DNA of 64,000 bases from Longimicrobiales bacterium (GTDB taxonomy: Bacteria; Gemmatimonadota; Gemmatimonadetes; Longimicrobiales; Gaopeijiaceae). Of the stretch, positions 38,989 through 48,545 are shown piece after piece. Position 1 is the stretch's first letter; each line of letters begins with the position of its first letter. The notes below the pieces were generated by a model that saw nothing but the letters and a program-made list of their open reading frames with translations, did not search any database and was not told the DNA's origin. The translations under genes were made by a program, and so were the position numbers. The stretch is from positions 1,312,001 through 1,376,000 of the forward strand of contig CBDAON010000004.1 in assembly GCA_965198065.1 (NCBI GenBank), read 5' to 3'.

Positions 38989-39394
38989 GCGAGGGACGAT
39001 GAAGGCACTTGCGCAACTACGTCAATCCGTAGGATTTAACCGACGTTCTTAGTGGATCTATTGGAATTGAAGTGGAACAGCGGCCTCTCCGACCGCTCCG
39101 CCAGCGGGGCGTCGAGCGGGTCGGGGAGAGGCGCTCCGAGGGTGGGGAAAAACGTCAATCGGGATCGGGCGAGACACGGCCGACCCGGGGGCGGTTCATT
39201 CTCCGGCAGTACACCCGGCATACTGCTCTGAAGGGTGCGTCTATACGAGCCAAGGGCCGGGCCGAGGGGCTCTAGAGCGCGATAATTGAAATCGAGTGCC
39301 TCATGGCGGGGCCGATTGGCGATGGAAGCATCGGACAGGCCGGATAGACGACAGCACTTGACCACCATGTGCCGAACCGTCGACGGGGGCACCT

Positions 39395-39780
39395 ATAGAC
39401 GCCAGCGCGGCCTCAAAGACCTCGCGTGGATGGTTCGTCTGCTCGGCCGCCCAGTCCATCAAGCTGGAACGCAAAACCGTGCGGCACGGCCGGCAGCTCT
39501 AAGTCCTCGAGCAGCCCCGACAGTGCCAGCCCCGTTCGACACGCTTTCCGCGCACACTCGGGAACACCAGCGGGTTCTCGTCGCCGAGCTTCGGTGCCGT
39601 GTCGAGGACGTGCCTAGTGCGGCGGCGCAGCGGAATCCGGTCGTCTTCGTCCACGTGGCCGGGATGGTCCACGGGCCGTTTAGCAAGTGGAGGCGGACAA
39701 GGCGGAGACCGTGTCAGGCTTGATCGGAGGGACGCCGGTGGGGATCCGGGGCGTCCCACCGCGGCGAATCCGACCAGAGG
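39395..39780 (-). pseudogene. Degraded P4-like integrase remnant
   Basis: WTIPA, RIPL, PLVFPS, AVPHGF, DWAAEQTNHPREVFEAALA in several frames. Confidence 0.75.
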
Positions 39781-40027
39781 CGGTAGATGGGGCGGCGGCG
39801 TGGGTCCGCAAGGTTGTTCTGGATGTCATGGATCGTTCAGCCCGAGAACGATGTGTTCTTGCTGACCCTAGAGAGCGAGCCGGCCACGTTCGTCAGGGGA
39901 CGGCAGCCAAGCGATCTTGCTTTCAGCGGCCTGCTGCAGTGGCGGTTCGGCGGCGAGGCGTACTGCACGGGTTCCGTTCGAACCATAAGTCTCACCTGCA
40001 AGCTGACACCCCACGGGGGTAGGAACA

Positions 40028-40723
40028 ATGGTAACAAGCAACGTCATACAGCGTATCTTCAAGATTCGACGAGGTGAGTCATCAGGTACAGCCTTTACCA
40101 CGGACCGCGGCGGTCGGCAATACGTCGTCACTGCCCGTCACGTTGTCGAAGGCATCGTGCCGGGAGAGACGATTGATATATGGCACGACGAGAGATGGAA
40201 GGCTCTGGATGTCCACATCGTGGGAATTGGTGAAGGAGAATTGGATATCACCGTACTGACCGCCTCGATCCAGGTTTCACCTACGCATCCACTGGAAGCA
40301 AGCGCCGGAGGGGTGACCTACAGTCAGCCGGTGTATCTCCTTGGGTTTCCGTACGGCCGCGACGGTGGCGGTACGGAAATAAACCGTGGCTTACCCATTC
40401 CATTCGTGAAGTCGGGGATTGTCAGTGCCATGGAGTTCGGCGATGTCAACAGGATCTACATCGACACGCACGCAAACGAAGGGTTCAGCGGTGGCCCGGT
40501 CGTGTTCCATCCTCAAGACAAGCCGAAGGAGGCGAATGAGCTTCGAGTGGCAGGGGTCGTCACCGGGTACCTTCAACATGCCCGAACGGTTCATGACGAC
40601 AGCGGGAACCGGTTGGGTAGGGTAACGGAGAACGCTGGCATTGTTGTCGCGCTTGGGATGCGGCAGGTCGTTGATTTGATCGACGCAAACCCCATCGGCT
40701 TCAAGTTGCCTACAGTTGCGTGA
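40028..40723 (+). CDS. Trypsin-like serine protease
   Basis: VVTARHV (His), LDITVL (Asp), GFSGGPV (Ser). Confidence 0.88.
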   Translation: MVTSNVIQRIFKIRRGESSGTAFTTDRGGRQYVVTARHVVEGIVPGETIDIWHDERWKALDVHIVGIGEGELDITVLTASIQVSPTHPLEASAGGVTYSQPVYLLGFPYGRDGGGTEINRGLPIPFVKSGIVSAMEFGDVNRIYIDTHANEGFSGGPVVFHPQDKPKEANELRVAGVVTGYLQHARTVHDDSGNRLGRVTENAGIVVALGMRQVVDLIDANPIGFKLPTVA

Positions 40724-41117
40724 TTTGGCGCGTGCGTTTCGTCACGATGTTTAGGATCTGCTTCCGTGTCGATGTCCGAAGAGCCGAAGTGATCATCTCG
40801 ATCGCGGCCCACTTGCGGAGGAGTGCCAACAGGCACGGTCTGCTCACAGCGATGTCACCGTGCGATCCGGCGTCGGAACGCGGCGAGGGGGGGCTCGGTG
40901 ACGATCGGGGGCGAGGTCAAGATCGCATCGTCCCGACCATCGATCCCTGCGGGAAGGCTGCGGCGCTAGGGCGCCGAATGACCACTAATTCGCGCACGCC
41001 TTTGGCGGATGAGAGCCTGGTGCAGGGGGCGTTCCGGCCTGCCAGGGTCGCTCTCTCTCCTGCAAGACGCCTATTAGGGGGATTTGGTATCCCGTTTCAT
41101 CGAGCAGCCCGGCTGGC

Positions 41118-41960
41118 TCACTGGCAGTACCCCTCGTTGACACGCAGGTAGTCGAGGATGAAGGCGTCTAGGTATGCGCTCACCAGCTCACGGACGGCCA
41201 CCCGTTGGCCCGGTTCGTCTGCAACGATTACGGATGATCTCCCGTCGAGTTCCCATGACATACGCTCCCACGTCTCAACGACCTTGAACTCACCCGACAA
41301 GGGGTCCCAAACCTCCTTCGGGAACCATGCCCGGCTCCCGTCCCAGGCAATTCCCAGTGCGAGGGGATCGCCGTTCTCCCAATCATCACCATTCCAAATT
41401 CCTGCGGACCGCAGGCGATTCTCGGCCATTCTCCGGTTCTCCCTGAGCAACTCCCCACTCGGATCGGTCGGGCCGATGTAGACGGCATTCAACTTCACCG
41501 GCGCGCATTCGGTGAAGAGCGCGAACCGTTCATCCGCGAGGGTGGCAAGCGAGTCGAGTTCGGCCGATGCAGCTTCCAGAGCGTATATCCTCGCTAACAT
41601 TGAGTCGGCTCGCGCGAGCGCCCCGCGCATCTGCTCCGATCCTGTAGCGACACGACGGGCAACTTCGTCTCGGAAAGCCCGAAAGTTGTCTAGATCGTCG
41701 ATCACGACGTCGGTATCAGCCTCCCGGAAACCCTCCCAGAAAGCCTCCCGTATGGAATCGTTGAACACCCGGCGGGAGTACAGGGAATCGTGCCGGACGA
41801 CGGCCTCTGCGTAGCTGCGTTCAGCCTGATCGCCTCGGATCTCCTCCGCTAGGTCCGGATTGCCCACTTCCGGTTGCTCTGCCTCAGGAGTTGCCGGCGC
41901 ACAGCTTCCGAGCGCGACGGTAAGGAAGATAAGCGCGACGGCCCGGTACGTGTGTGTCAT
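41118..41960 (-). CDS. Lipoprotein (paralogue of 25721-26311)
   Basis: AGGAGG RBS, LGSC lipobox; FTECAPV, ENRLRSA, FILDYLRVNE. Confidence 0.78.
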   Translation of the reverse strand: MTHTYRAVALIFLTVALGSCAPATPEAEQPEVGNPDLAEEIRGDQAERSYAEAVVRHDSLYSRRVFNDSIREAFWEGFREADTDVVIDDLDNFRAFRDEVARRVATGSEQMRGALARADSMLARIYALEAASAELDSLATLADERFALFTECAPVKLNAVYIGPTDPSGELLRENRRMAENRLRSAGIWNGDDWENGDPLALGIAWDGSRAWFPKEVWDPLSGEFKVVETWERMSWELDGRSSVIVADEPGQRVAVRELVSAYLDAFILDYLRVNEGYCQ

Positions 41961-42058
41961 CCGGCCTCCTTGAGCCCCCCTAGGCGTGAATGTCTTGCTC
42001 CTGCTAGGCCCCATAAGGCTAGAAACCTAAGACCCGCCCGCCGTGGCCCGCGAGGAGG

Positions 42059-42137
42059 CTAGGGTAGGGAGGAGTCCGAAGTGTCGAGGGCCTCTTCTCC
42101 GGCCCTAAGTCGGTCCAGATAGTCCGCCCATTCTTGG
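42059..42137 (-). pseudogene. 3' tail of a P4-like integrase gene (target of element 3)
   Basis: QEWADYLDRLRAGEEALDTSDSSLP* resembles the C-terminus of P4-type integrases. Confidence 0.6.
42111..42137. repeat. att core, left end of element 3
   Basis: CGGTCCAGATAGTCCGCCCATTCTTGG, 25/27 identical to 52127-52153; perfect IHF consensus at 42160-42172. Confidence 0.85.
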
Positions 42138-42216
42138 ATCAGCTGCGCCAATATCATTATAAACGATTGATTAAAATATACTTATCGTAAGCAAAACCGG
42201 AGGCTCACACACGGAG

Positions 42217-42777
42217 ATGGAACCGATGAAGAAGGCTCGCCGCAGTAAGAAGCTCCAGGAGGAACGAGCGCAACGAGCGGCCGGTATGGTTCTCATTGTA
42301 CTGTTCGGCTTGCTCGTAGTCCATGGCTGTACTCGCGGTGACGACCGCGAGATACAGGCCGCACTGGACCTCGAAGAGCAAGGAGATTTCGCCGAAGCCG
42401 CGCGCCTGTTTCGCGAGCTGGCCGATCAAGAGAATGCAGAGGCGCAGTACGCTCTCGGGTACAGGTATGATGCCGGTATCGGCGTCCTGGAAGACGACGC
42501 CGAGGCATTGCGCCTAATATCCTTGTCAGCTGCACAAGGGTTCGCCCCTGCTCAACGCTCCATCGCGCTTAGATACGCCACCGGGACAGGTGGCGTGGGT
42601 GAGAGGGACTTTGTACTCGCGCACATGTGGTTTAACCTGGCCTCGGTCAACGGAAGCGATTTTGCATTCGACGACAGGACCGACATCGAGCTGTCCCTGA
42701 CAGCCGACGAACTCGAACGCGCTCTGGAGCTTGCCCGTCGATGTCTGGACTCGGGCTATCAGGAATGCGGGCTGTAG
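42217..42777 (+). CDS. Sel1-like repeat protein with N-terminal membrane anchor
   Basis: AEAQYALGYRY..G.GV, AAAQG..AQ, AHMWFNLA. Confidence 0.85.
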   Translation: MEPMKKARRSKKLQEERAQRAAGMVLIVLFGLLVVHGCTRGDDREIQAALDLEEQGDFAEAARLFRELADQENAEAQYALGYRYDAGIGVLEDDAEALRLISLSAAQGFAPAQRSIALRYATGTGGVGERDFVLAHMWFNLASVNGSDFAFDDRTDIELSLTADELERALELARRCLDSGYQECGL

Positions 42778-43790
42778 AAATAGCCGATGTCCGACCTCGG
42801 GTTGGCTGGCGCTCTCTCCGACCCTAGAAAAGAGCACAAACCCGAAGGGGACCGGTGTCCCCTCGGGGTCTGCGATCATCGAAGCCCTGGCATGGCCTGG
42901 CGTGGCTCGGCAGGGCAAGGCAGGGCAAGTAAGACGGGACGCGGCAGCGTTCGACACGCTTCCCCCGCCCTACGGGATCGCTAGTCGAACAGACTCGGTG
43001 GGGCCGCCGCTTGGAGCTCCCCTCGGGGCGTGTCCCGGAATCGGTGGGCTGCGCGAAGAGCTCTAGCTGACGTGGCCTAATAGCTCCTGCCTGACCGGCT
43101 AGCCGCGTCCCCGTGGCGGATCACAAGATCGGCGCACGACTCGCACACGAGTCACTCGGCCCAAGCCGCGCCGCTCGGCCGAGGCTGCGGGGACGTGGTG
43201 AGTGGCCTCCGGTCGCGTCGCGGTCCCCGGGCCAATCTTCCCGTCGTCACGTTATCTCGGCATCCGTTCATCCGTTCGCGGCTAGGGAGAGCCCAGGGAA
43301 TCCGTTTCGCTCCGGTGGAAATAATGGTGGGAACAGCGCCACTCCTAAATCCGTAAAGCCTTTATAGTAAATGGATTAGTAGTGCGCGGAGAAACAGACA
43401 AAACGGCCTACGGCAGATCACTGATCGTTCCGATCCGACAACGCAGCCGAAGCGTCTCTCTGAACCGACCCGCATCGTCCAACCCGAATCAGGTTGGAAG
43501 AGAGTCCATGTCAGCGGCAGGCGTGAGTCAGGCCATGGCTTTGCGTTCATGCTCGGCCAGGATTCGGGGAGTGCCTCGGTTACCGAACTGTCCCGGATCG
43601 AACGCACTTCGATCGACCGTGATCGAGGCTTTCCTCAGGCCCTCCGGGAGAAGCTCGATCGGGCGCTGGCGGAGCCCGATCCGGCTGTGGGACGTGGTTG
43701 ACCTCCTGGAATCTCCCCTCTCTTGCCGTGCTTGACACTGCACGGAACCGGCTCCTCAATGTAGCTGGTATGGACACCCTGACGGCCCTG

Positions 43791-43945
43791 CACCGGCTGC
43801 CTCGAATCACGATCCGCGCAGGCCGCCGCCTTCGCACCGGGCATACCTCCGATGTTCTGATCCCTGGGCCCGGGACAGGCCATGGGACGACAAGAGACCG
43901 GCATGCGTTACCGAGCCCTCACTGCCGCCCTGCCGCAGGGCCAGA
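43791..43945 (+). pseudogene. Diverged copy of the virB10 3' end / trbJ 5' junction
   Basis: HRLPRITIRAGRRLRTGHTSDVLIPGPGT versus NRLPTITIRAGHRLRIWFTSDVLVPRPGT; nucleotide similarity continues into the trbJ start. Confidence 0.75.
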
Positions 43946-44100
43946 TGAACGCCTCCGTGGGCCGAGTACTCGCCTGTCAGGCCGTCGAGCAGGCGAACCG
44001 GATTTGCCGTGGTGGTCAACAATCCTGTGTGCCCAATCACATTTCGAACCGGCTTATATGAAACCGCATCTTTCCAGAGAGATTTATTCTTGCTCTTCGC

Positions 44101-44552
44101 ATCCTGGCCAAGGTCCCGCATCGCCTGCGCAAGCGTGTGGCGCGCGAGGTTGCCGCCGTCTTCCGGGCCCCCGGGCTCGCTAAGGCGAAGAAGCGCCTGG
44201 CCGAGATCACGGCGCGCTGGCACAACGAACTCCCCGAGGCAATGAGGGTGCTCGAGCGGGGCTTCACGGCCGCCATCCAGTTCTACGCGTTTCCCGAGCC
44301 CCACTGGGCCAGGCTACGCACCACGAACAGCCTCGAGCGCCTGCACACCGAGATCAAGCGTCGAATCCGGAGCGCCGGCGCCTTCCCTGACTGAGCCAGT
44401 GCACTCCGCCTCATCACCGCGGTTGCTCTGAGGACTACTGCGGTCTGGAGCGAGCGCCGTTACCTGGACCTCTCACTCCTCGAGCCCAAGGAGGTCGCCA
44501 AGGCAGCCTAACCGAAGCATCGAGGAGCTTCCTCTCACTTTTGGACTTGACC
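44101..44552 (+). mobile_element. IS256-family 3' remnant (nonsense codon at 44392)
   Basis: RTTNSLERLHTEIKRR; near-identical to 54471-54930 on the opposite strand; terminal GGACTTGACC. Confidence 0.88.
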
Positions 44553-44600
44553 CTCGAGGCTCGGTCCTTCGGCGGTTCTGCGACTCGACATCATGGTCCA

Positions 44601-45467
44601 TCAGACCGGTTGCAGGTTGACGAACTCCGTAAAGTCGTCCGTACCATCGGACTGGATCGCATACCGGAATCGGAGTTCATCTCTGTCGTCGCGACGCCTG
44701 GCATTCTTGATTGCGAGCACTTGAATGGCTGCGTAGAAGCCCCCCGTGTTGCGCAGTACGACGATTTGGCCGAGGGATGGTTTCCGAGAGCGAGACGTGT
44801 AGTCCAGCGACGCGGCACACTCCACCTGCGAGATCGACCTGCATCCGCAGGCCAGCCCGACGCCGTTGATGGACGGGGGATCGTTGTAAACATGAATCCT
44901 AGTGTCACTCGCACTAGACCACTTAGTTTCGAATTCCAGCACTCCAAAGCCGATGACGTAGCGCCCGTTGTAGCTGCTGTAGTCGAATACGACTTCGCCG
45001 GTCGGCGATGTCATTCTTGGCGGCGGTACCTGGGACGCTTTGCCGGCGAAGGGCTGGACGCCCAGTTTGTTGGCGATCATTGTCGCGAGTTGCGCGGGCG
45101 TGTGCTTCCGGGCGCATTCGTAGATGACGTCCGTCGGCAGACCGGGCACCCGCGTGTCATCGAAGCGAACGGGAAGGATGTACTCGTCCTTCTCCTCGAT
45201 CATGCGGCTAAGGGCCGACCGCCTTTCATGATTGGGCCAAGCCTTTGACACATAGGCTTCGGAAATGAACATTACGACGTAGGCGCTCTTTTCGGCGAAT
45301 GCTTCATGGAATGCTTCCGCGCCGCGCCGGCCCCAAAGACCGACCTTTTCGAAGCCGTCGTAGAAGACGTCGATGGATCGGCTCTGGAGATGCCGTGCGA
45401 CCTCTTCCACATAATCCCGCTGTTCCCCGGCAAAAGACAGCGCTACTTGATACTTCGGGCCGGTCAT
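44601..45467 (-). CDS. TIR-domain protein with a beta-rich C-terminal domain
   Basis: VALSFAGEQR, VFYD, FISEAY, WPNHE (putative catalytic E), ILPVRFD. Confidence 0.88.
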   Translation of the reverse strand: MTGPKYQVALSFAGEQRDYVEEVARHLQSRSIDVFYDGFEKVGLWGRRGAEAFHEAFAEKSAYVVMFISEAYVSKAWPNHERRSALSRMIEEKDEYILPVRFDDTRVPGLPTDVIYECARKHTPAQLATMIANKLGVQPFAGKASQVPPPRMTSPTGEVVFDYSSYNGRYVIGFGVLEFETKWSSASDTRIHVYNDPPSINGVGLACGCRSISQVECAASLDYTSRSRKPSLGQIVVLRNTGGFYAAIQVLAIKNARRRDDRDELRFRYAIQSDGTDDFTEFVNLQPV

Positions 45468-45656
45468 CGGACTCCCTCTCTACCGACCATTCGTCTGCGG
45501 CCGGGTCTGTCGAAGGGCTTCGCCGCCATTGCCCCTGGTTGGAAGGTAGCACGGCGCGTAGCGCGGAGCGCCATATCGTGCCACTCCCGATCAGCCGGTG
45601 AGGATAGGTGATCACCCGACCTTGCAGCTCCGGAGACATCCAGGTTACGCACCTGG

Positions 45657-45810
45657 TGAGTTGACGGGGCCGATTTGAGTTGAGCGGCCTCCGCTCCGGA
45701 TCGACTCGCGATCCGGAGGCCAGGTGAGATGAAGCTGAGCAAGGAGCAGGTGAGGGTGGCGAAGGGGCTGGCAGAGCGGGGCAGATCGGTGCGGAGGCTT
45801 GCTGGGAGAT
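45657..45810 (+). mobile_element. Short IS remnant (IS21-like left end)
   Basis: TGAGTTGA repeated; GGTGAG RBS, then MKLSKEQVRVAKGLAERGRSVRRLA HTH start that breaks off. Confidence 0.4.
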
Positions 45811-45998
45811 CTTCTCCTGGAATATGGACGGGTTGATGATCCCTAGGAGAACAGTTGGAGAAGAGCGGGGGCCAAGCTACGCGTAACGAAAGGCTGGGTG
45901 AGCGGTCCGTCGAACGGGGTGCCGGTCTGGGAACTGTACGTGTCCCACGCTGTAGAGCTAGCGATGCAGTTCAGACATCCACCAGGGATGCTCAGCAA

Positions 45999-47375
45999 AT
46001 GTCGAACGATGTGAATTCCCGCCTCTCCGATCTACTGGCCAACCTCCGTGAGTCCCCTGAAGTAGAAGTCAAGGGCTGGCTCGACCTGGAGAACAACAAC
46101 CAGCACAAGGCACGTCTCGCGAAGGCAACTCTTGCGTTGGCGAATCATGGTGGTGGCTGGGTTGTGTTGGGATTCAAGGAGGTTGATGGGACCATGGTGG
46201 AGGCTGAAGACTATCCAGCCACGCTCAACCCATATAACCAGGATCTGATCAACGGAATCGTTCGACGGTATTGCGAGCCAGAGTTTCATTGCACGGTGCA
46301 CCTGGTTCCGCATGGAGGCAAGATTTTTCCGGTGGTGGAGGTACCGGGTGGGCATGACGTTCCTGTGCGTGCCCGACGGGCAGGGGCCGATGAGAAGATT
46401 CTTCAGATGAATGCCATCTATATTCGCAAGCCGGGCCCTCGTAGCGAGCCACCGCAAAGCGGACAGGAATGGGACCGTCTCCTAGCTCGGTGCCTGAGCA
46501 ACCGAAGTGATGAACTGCTTGGCCATATTCAACGCATAGTGAGCGGGGCCGCGTCGCAAGAACGGCTTGCATCCGACAACGAGCGCCTTGATGAGTGGAT
46601 TACCACATGCTTCGATCGTTGGTCTTCACTGATCGATCAGTTACCGCCAGAAGCCATAGGGCCTAGGTTTTCATACGGCTGTTACAACTTCGCGTATGAG
46701 ATCGTGGGCGATGCGCGGGAGACTACGCTTGCCCAGCTACCGCATGTCTTGCAACGAAGCGTTGTCCACCTTACAGGATGGCCACCGTTTTGGTTTCCAA
46801 CACGAAAGGGAATCGCACCATACCCTGCGGATGGTGCCGTGGAATGCTGGATAGGCGGAGACACCGATGCAGAGCCGGGGGCACATGCTCCGGATGATTC
46901 GGATTTTTGGAGGATCAGTCTGGATGGATATGCCTTTTTGTTAAGAGGCTATCGCGAGGATCAAGGTGATCTGCAGTTCGCAGGGCAAGGAACCGCGGAG
47001 CCCGGAACGGTTTTCAGTGTCACAAAGCCGGTATGGCGCGTTGGCGAGACACTCCTGCAGGCCCAACGCCTAGCAGAGAATCTGTTCGAAGGCCCTACAA
47101 CAATTCGATTCTCTGCTAAGTACACTGGGCTCAAGGGACGATCATTGGTGAGAATAAATGGAGGAAGGCATATAATGAGAGGATTGATCTCCCGTCAAGA
47201 AGCAATCACCCCAAAAACTGTGACTATAGACTCAACGACTATCAGTACCAGTCTGCCTCAAATAGTTCATAGAATTTTGTCGCCACTATACGAGTTATTC
47301 AGTTTCTTTCAGCTCCCAATGGACCTAGTCGTGGAAGAGCTAGACTGTATGCGTAAGAGAGGCATTACTAGCTGA
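45999..47375 (+). CDS. Schlafen/AlbA_2-domain protein
   Basis: RESPEVEVK, ALANHGGGWVVLGFKE, IYIRKPGPRS. Confidence 0.85.
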   Translation: MSNDVNSRLSDLLANLRESPEVEVKGWLDLENNNQHKARLAKATLALANHGGGWVVLGFKEVDGTMVEAEDYPATLNPYNQDLINGIVRRYCEPEFHCTVHLVPHGGKIFPVVEVPGGHDVPVRARRAGADEKILQMNAIYIRKPGPRSEPPQSGQEWDRLLARCLSNRSDELLGHIQRIVSGAASQERLASDNERLDEWITTCFDRWSSLIDQLPPEAIGPRFSYGCYNFAYEIVGDARETTLAQLPHVLQRSVVHLTGWPPFWFPTRKGIAPYPADGAVECWIGGDTDAEPGAHAPDDSDFWRISLDGYAFLLRGYREDQGDLQFAGQGTAEPGTVFSVTKPVWRVGETLLQAQRLAENLFEGPTTIRFSAKYTGLKGRSLVRINGGRHIMRGLISRQEAITPKTVTIDSTTISTSLPQIVHRILSPLYELFSFFQLPMDLVVEELDCMRKRGITS

Positions 47376-47424
47376 TGAGAATACAAAAGAGGTTGCAATC
47401 CAAAGCTGATCCTGAGCGGTGGCC

Positions 47425-48456
47425 CTAGAGCGAGCGGTTCTCCTGGTCGAAGAACGTATCGCCATCGTACGAGGAGAGCTTGAACACTTCGAATCCGGAC
47501 TGGAGTAGCCCAAGTAACTTGGTCTTGGCTTCGCCTTCGCTCATAGAGTAGTTGACTACATGCTCGAGCTTCTCCCGCTCGACAGGCAAGTGCTCGACAG
47601 AAAGGTCTCGGAAAGTGTGCCAAAGGACGGAGAGAGCCTTGAGCACTTCAGAGGTGTGCCAGTCGAAGAGGATCGCGGCCTGCTCCTTAAGGTAGTCTCG
47701 CTCGAAGTACTGCTTGAACTGGGGCAAGGCCAGGTTGAAGTCGAGTTGAAAGTAGCCGTCGAACGAGTAATTCTCTTCGTTGCGATCCCGAGTTAGATGG
47801 TCGCGAGGGATGCCCCACGGGCTGTCGTCGTCGAGAAGGGGCTCTGGGAATACGAAAAAGGTGAGTTCAAGGGACTTGGGTAGACTCCGGTAGTCCTCCC
47901 ACACGTCTCGGTGGGCCCTGACCGGCTTTCGATCGAATTGAAGCGTCGCGCATGCCCCCGGAAGGTCAAGATCGAGGCGCATTCGATACGACTGCGCATT
48001 TTCGTGGAGACGTCGAGCTAGCTCTTCATTGAAATGGGGACTTCGTTCATGGAGTTGGTATGACTGCTTTCCCAGTAGCGTCGTGACTGACCGAGCCAGG
48101 TAGAACTTCGCGTAATACGTCGTGATGTTGAGCCAATGAAGCAGGCCGCCTTCCATCAAGTTGCGGGCTGCTATGTAGTTGTAGAACCCCTTGTAGAAGT
48201 GGAACAGCGCCTCATGGAGGATGATCGGACGAACCGCGACGAGCTCATCCCCTTCGAGCGAAAGCTCGATCCGCCCGTTGCTCGATGGCGTGTCATCGAG
48301 GCGTAACGCATCTCGTGTCGCCCTCGCCAGGTTCAGTTCACTTGGGCGTCTCGGCAGCTTTTTTGCAGGCCAGTAGTCGGTGTTGGCGTAGAAGCTTTGG
48401 AGATCATCTTTACTTGTCATGCGAGCCCTTAATTCAGACCACAGGTAACGCGCCAC
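47425..48456 (-). CDS. Hypothetical protein, HEPN-like
   Basis: YYAKFYLARS and RNEENY resemble HEPN-type motifs; start at 48456 or 48420. Confidence 0.6.
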   Translation of the reverse strand: MARYLWSELRARMTSKDDLQSFYANTDYWPAKKLPRRPSELNLARATRDALRLDDTPSSNGRIELSLEGDELVAVRPIILHEALFHFYKGFYNYIAARNLMEGGLLHWLNITTYYAKFYLARSVTTLLGKQSYQLHERSPHFNEELARRLHENAQSYRMRLDLDLPGACATLQFDRKPVRAHRDVWEDYRSLPKSLELTFFVFPEPLLDDDSPWGIPRDHLTRDRNEENYSFDGYFQLDFNLALPQFKQYFERDYLKEQAAILFDWHTSEVLKALSVLWHTFRDLSVEHLPVEREKLEHVVNYSMSEGEAKTKLLGLLQSGFEVFKLSSYDGDTFFDQENRSL

Positions 48457-48545
48457 TGTGCCGGCCAGGCATGTCCGCTAACGGATCTTGGCAGACGTGT
48501 CCGATTGTTGCACTTCAAACTTGATCTCAAGAGTCCTGCCGGCGA

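Larger units (their letters stand above)
12974..39070 (-). mobile_element. Integrative conjugative element (minimum extent of the int/xis + T4SS backbone); the island continues to the right
   Basis: Tyrosine integrase and xis next to the tRNA; VirB2/3/4/5/6/8/9/10/11 and VirD4 homologues; ArdC. No second copy of the tRNA 3' end was noticed in the window. Confidence 0.85.
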
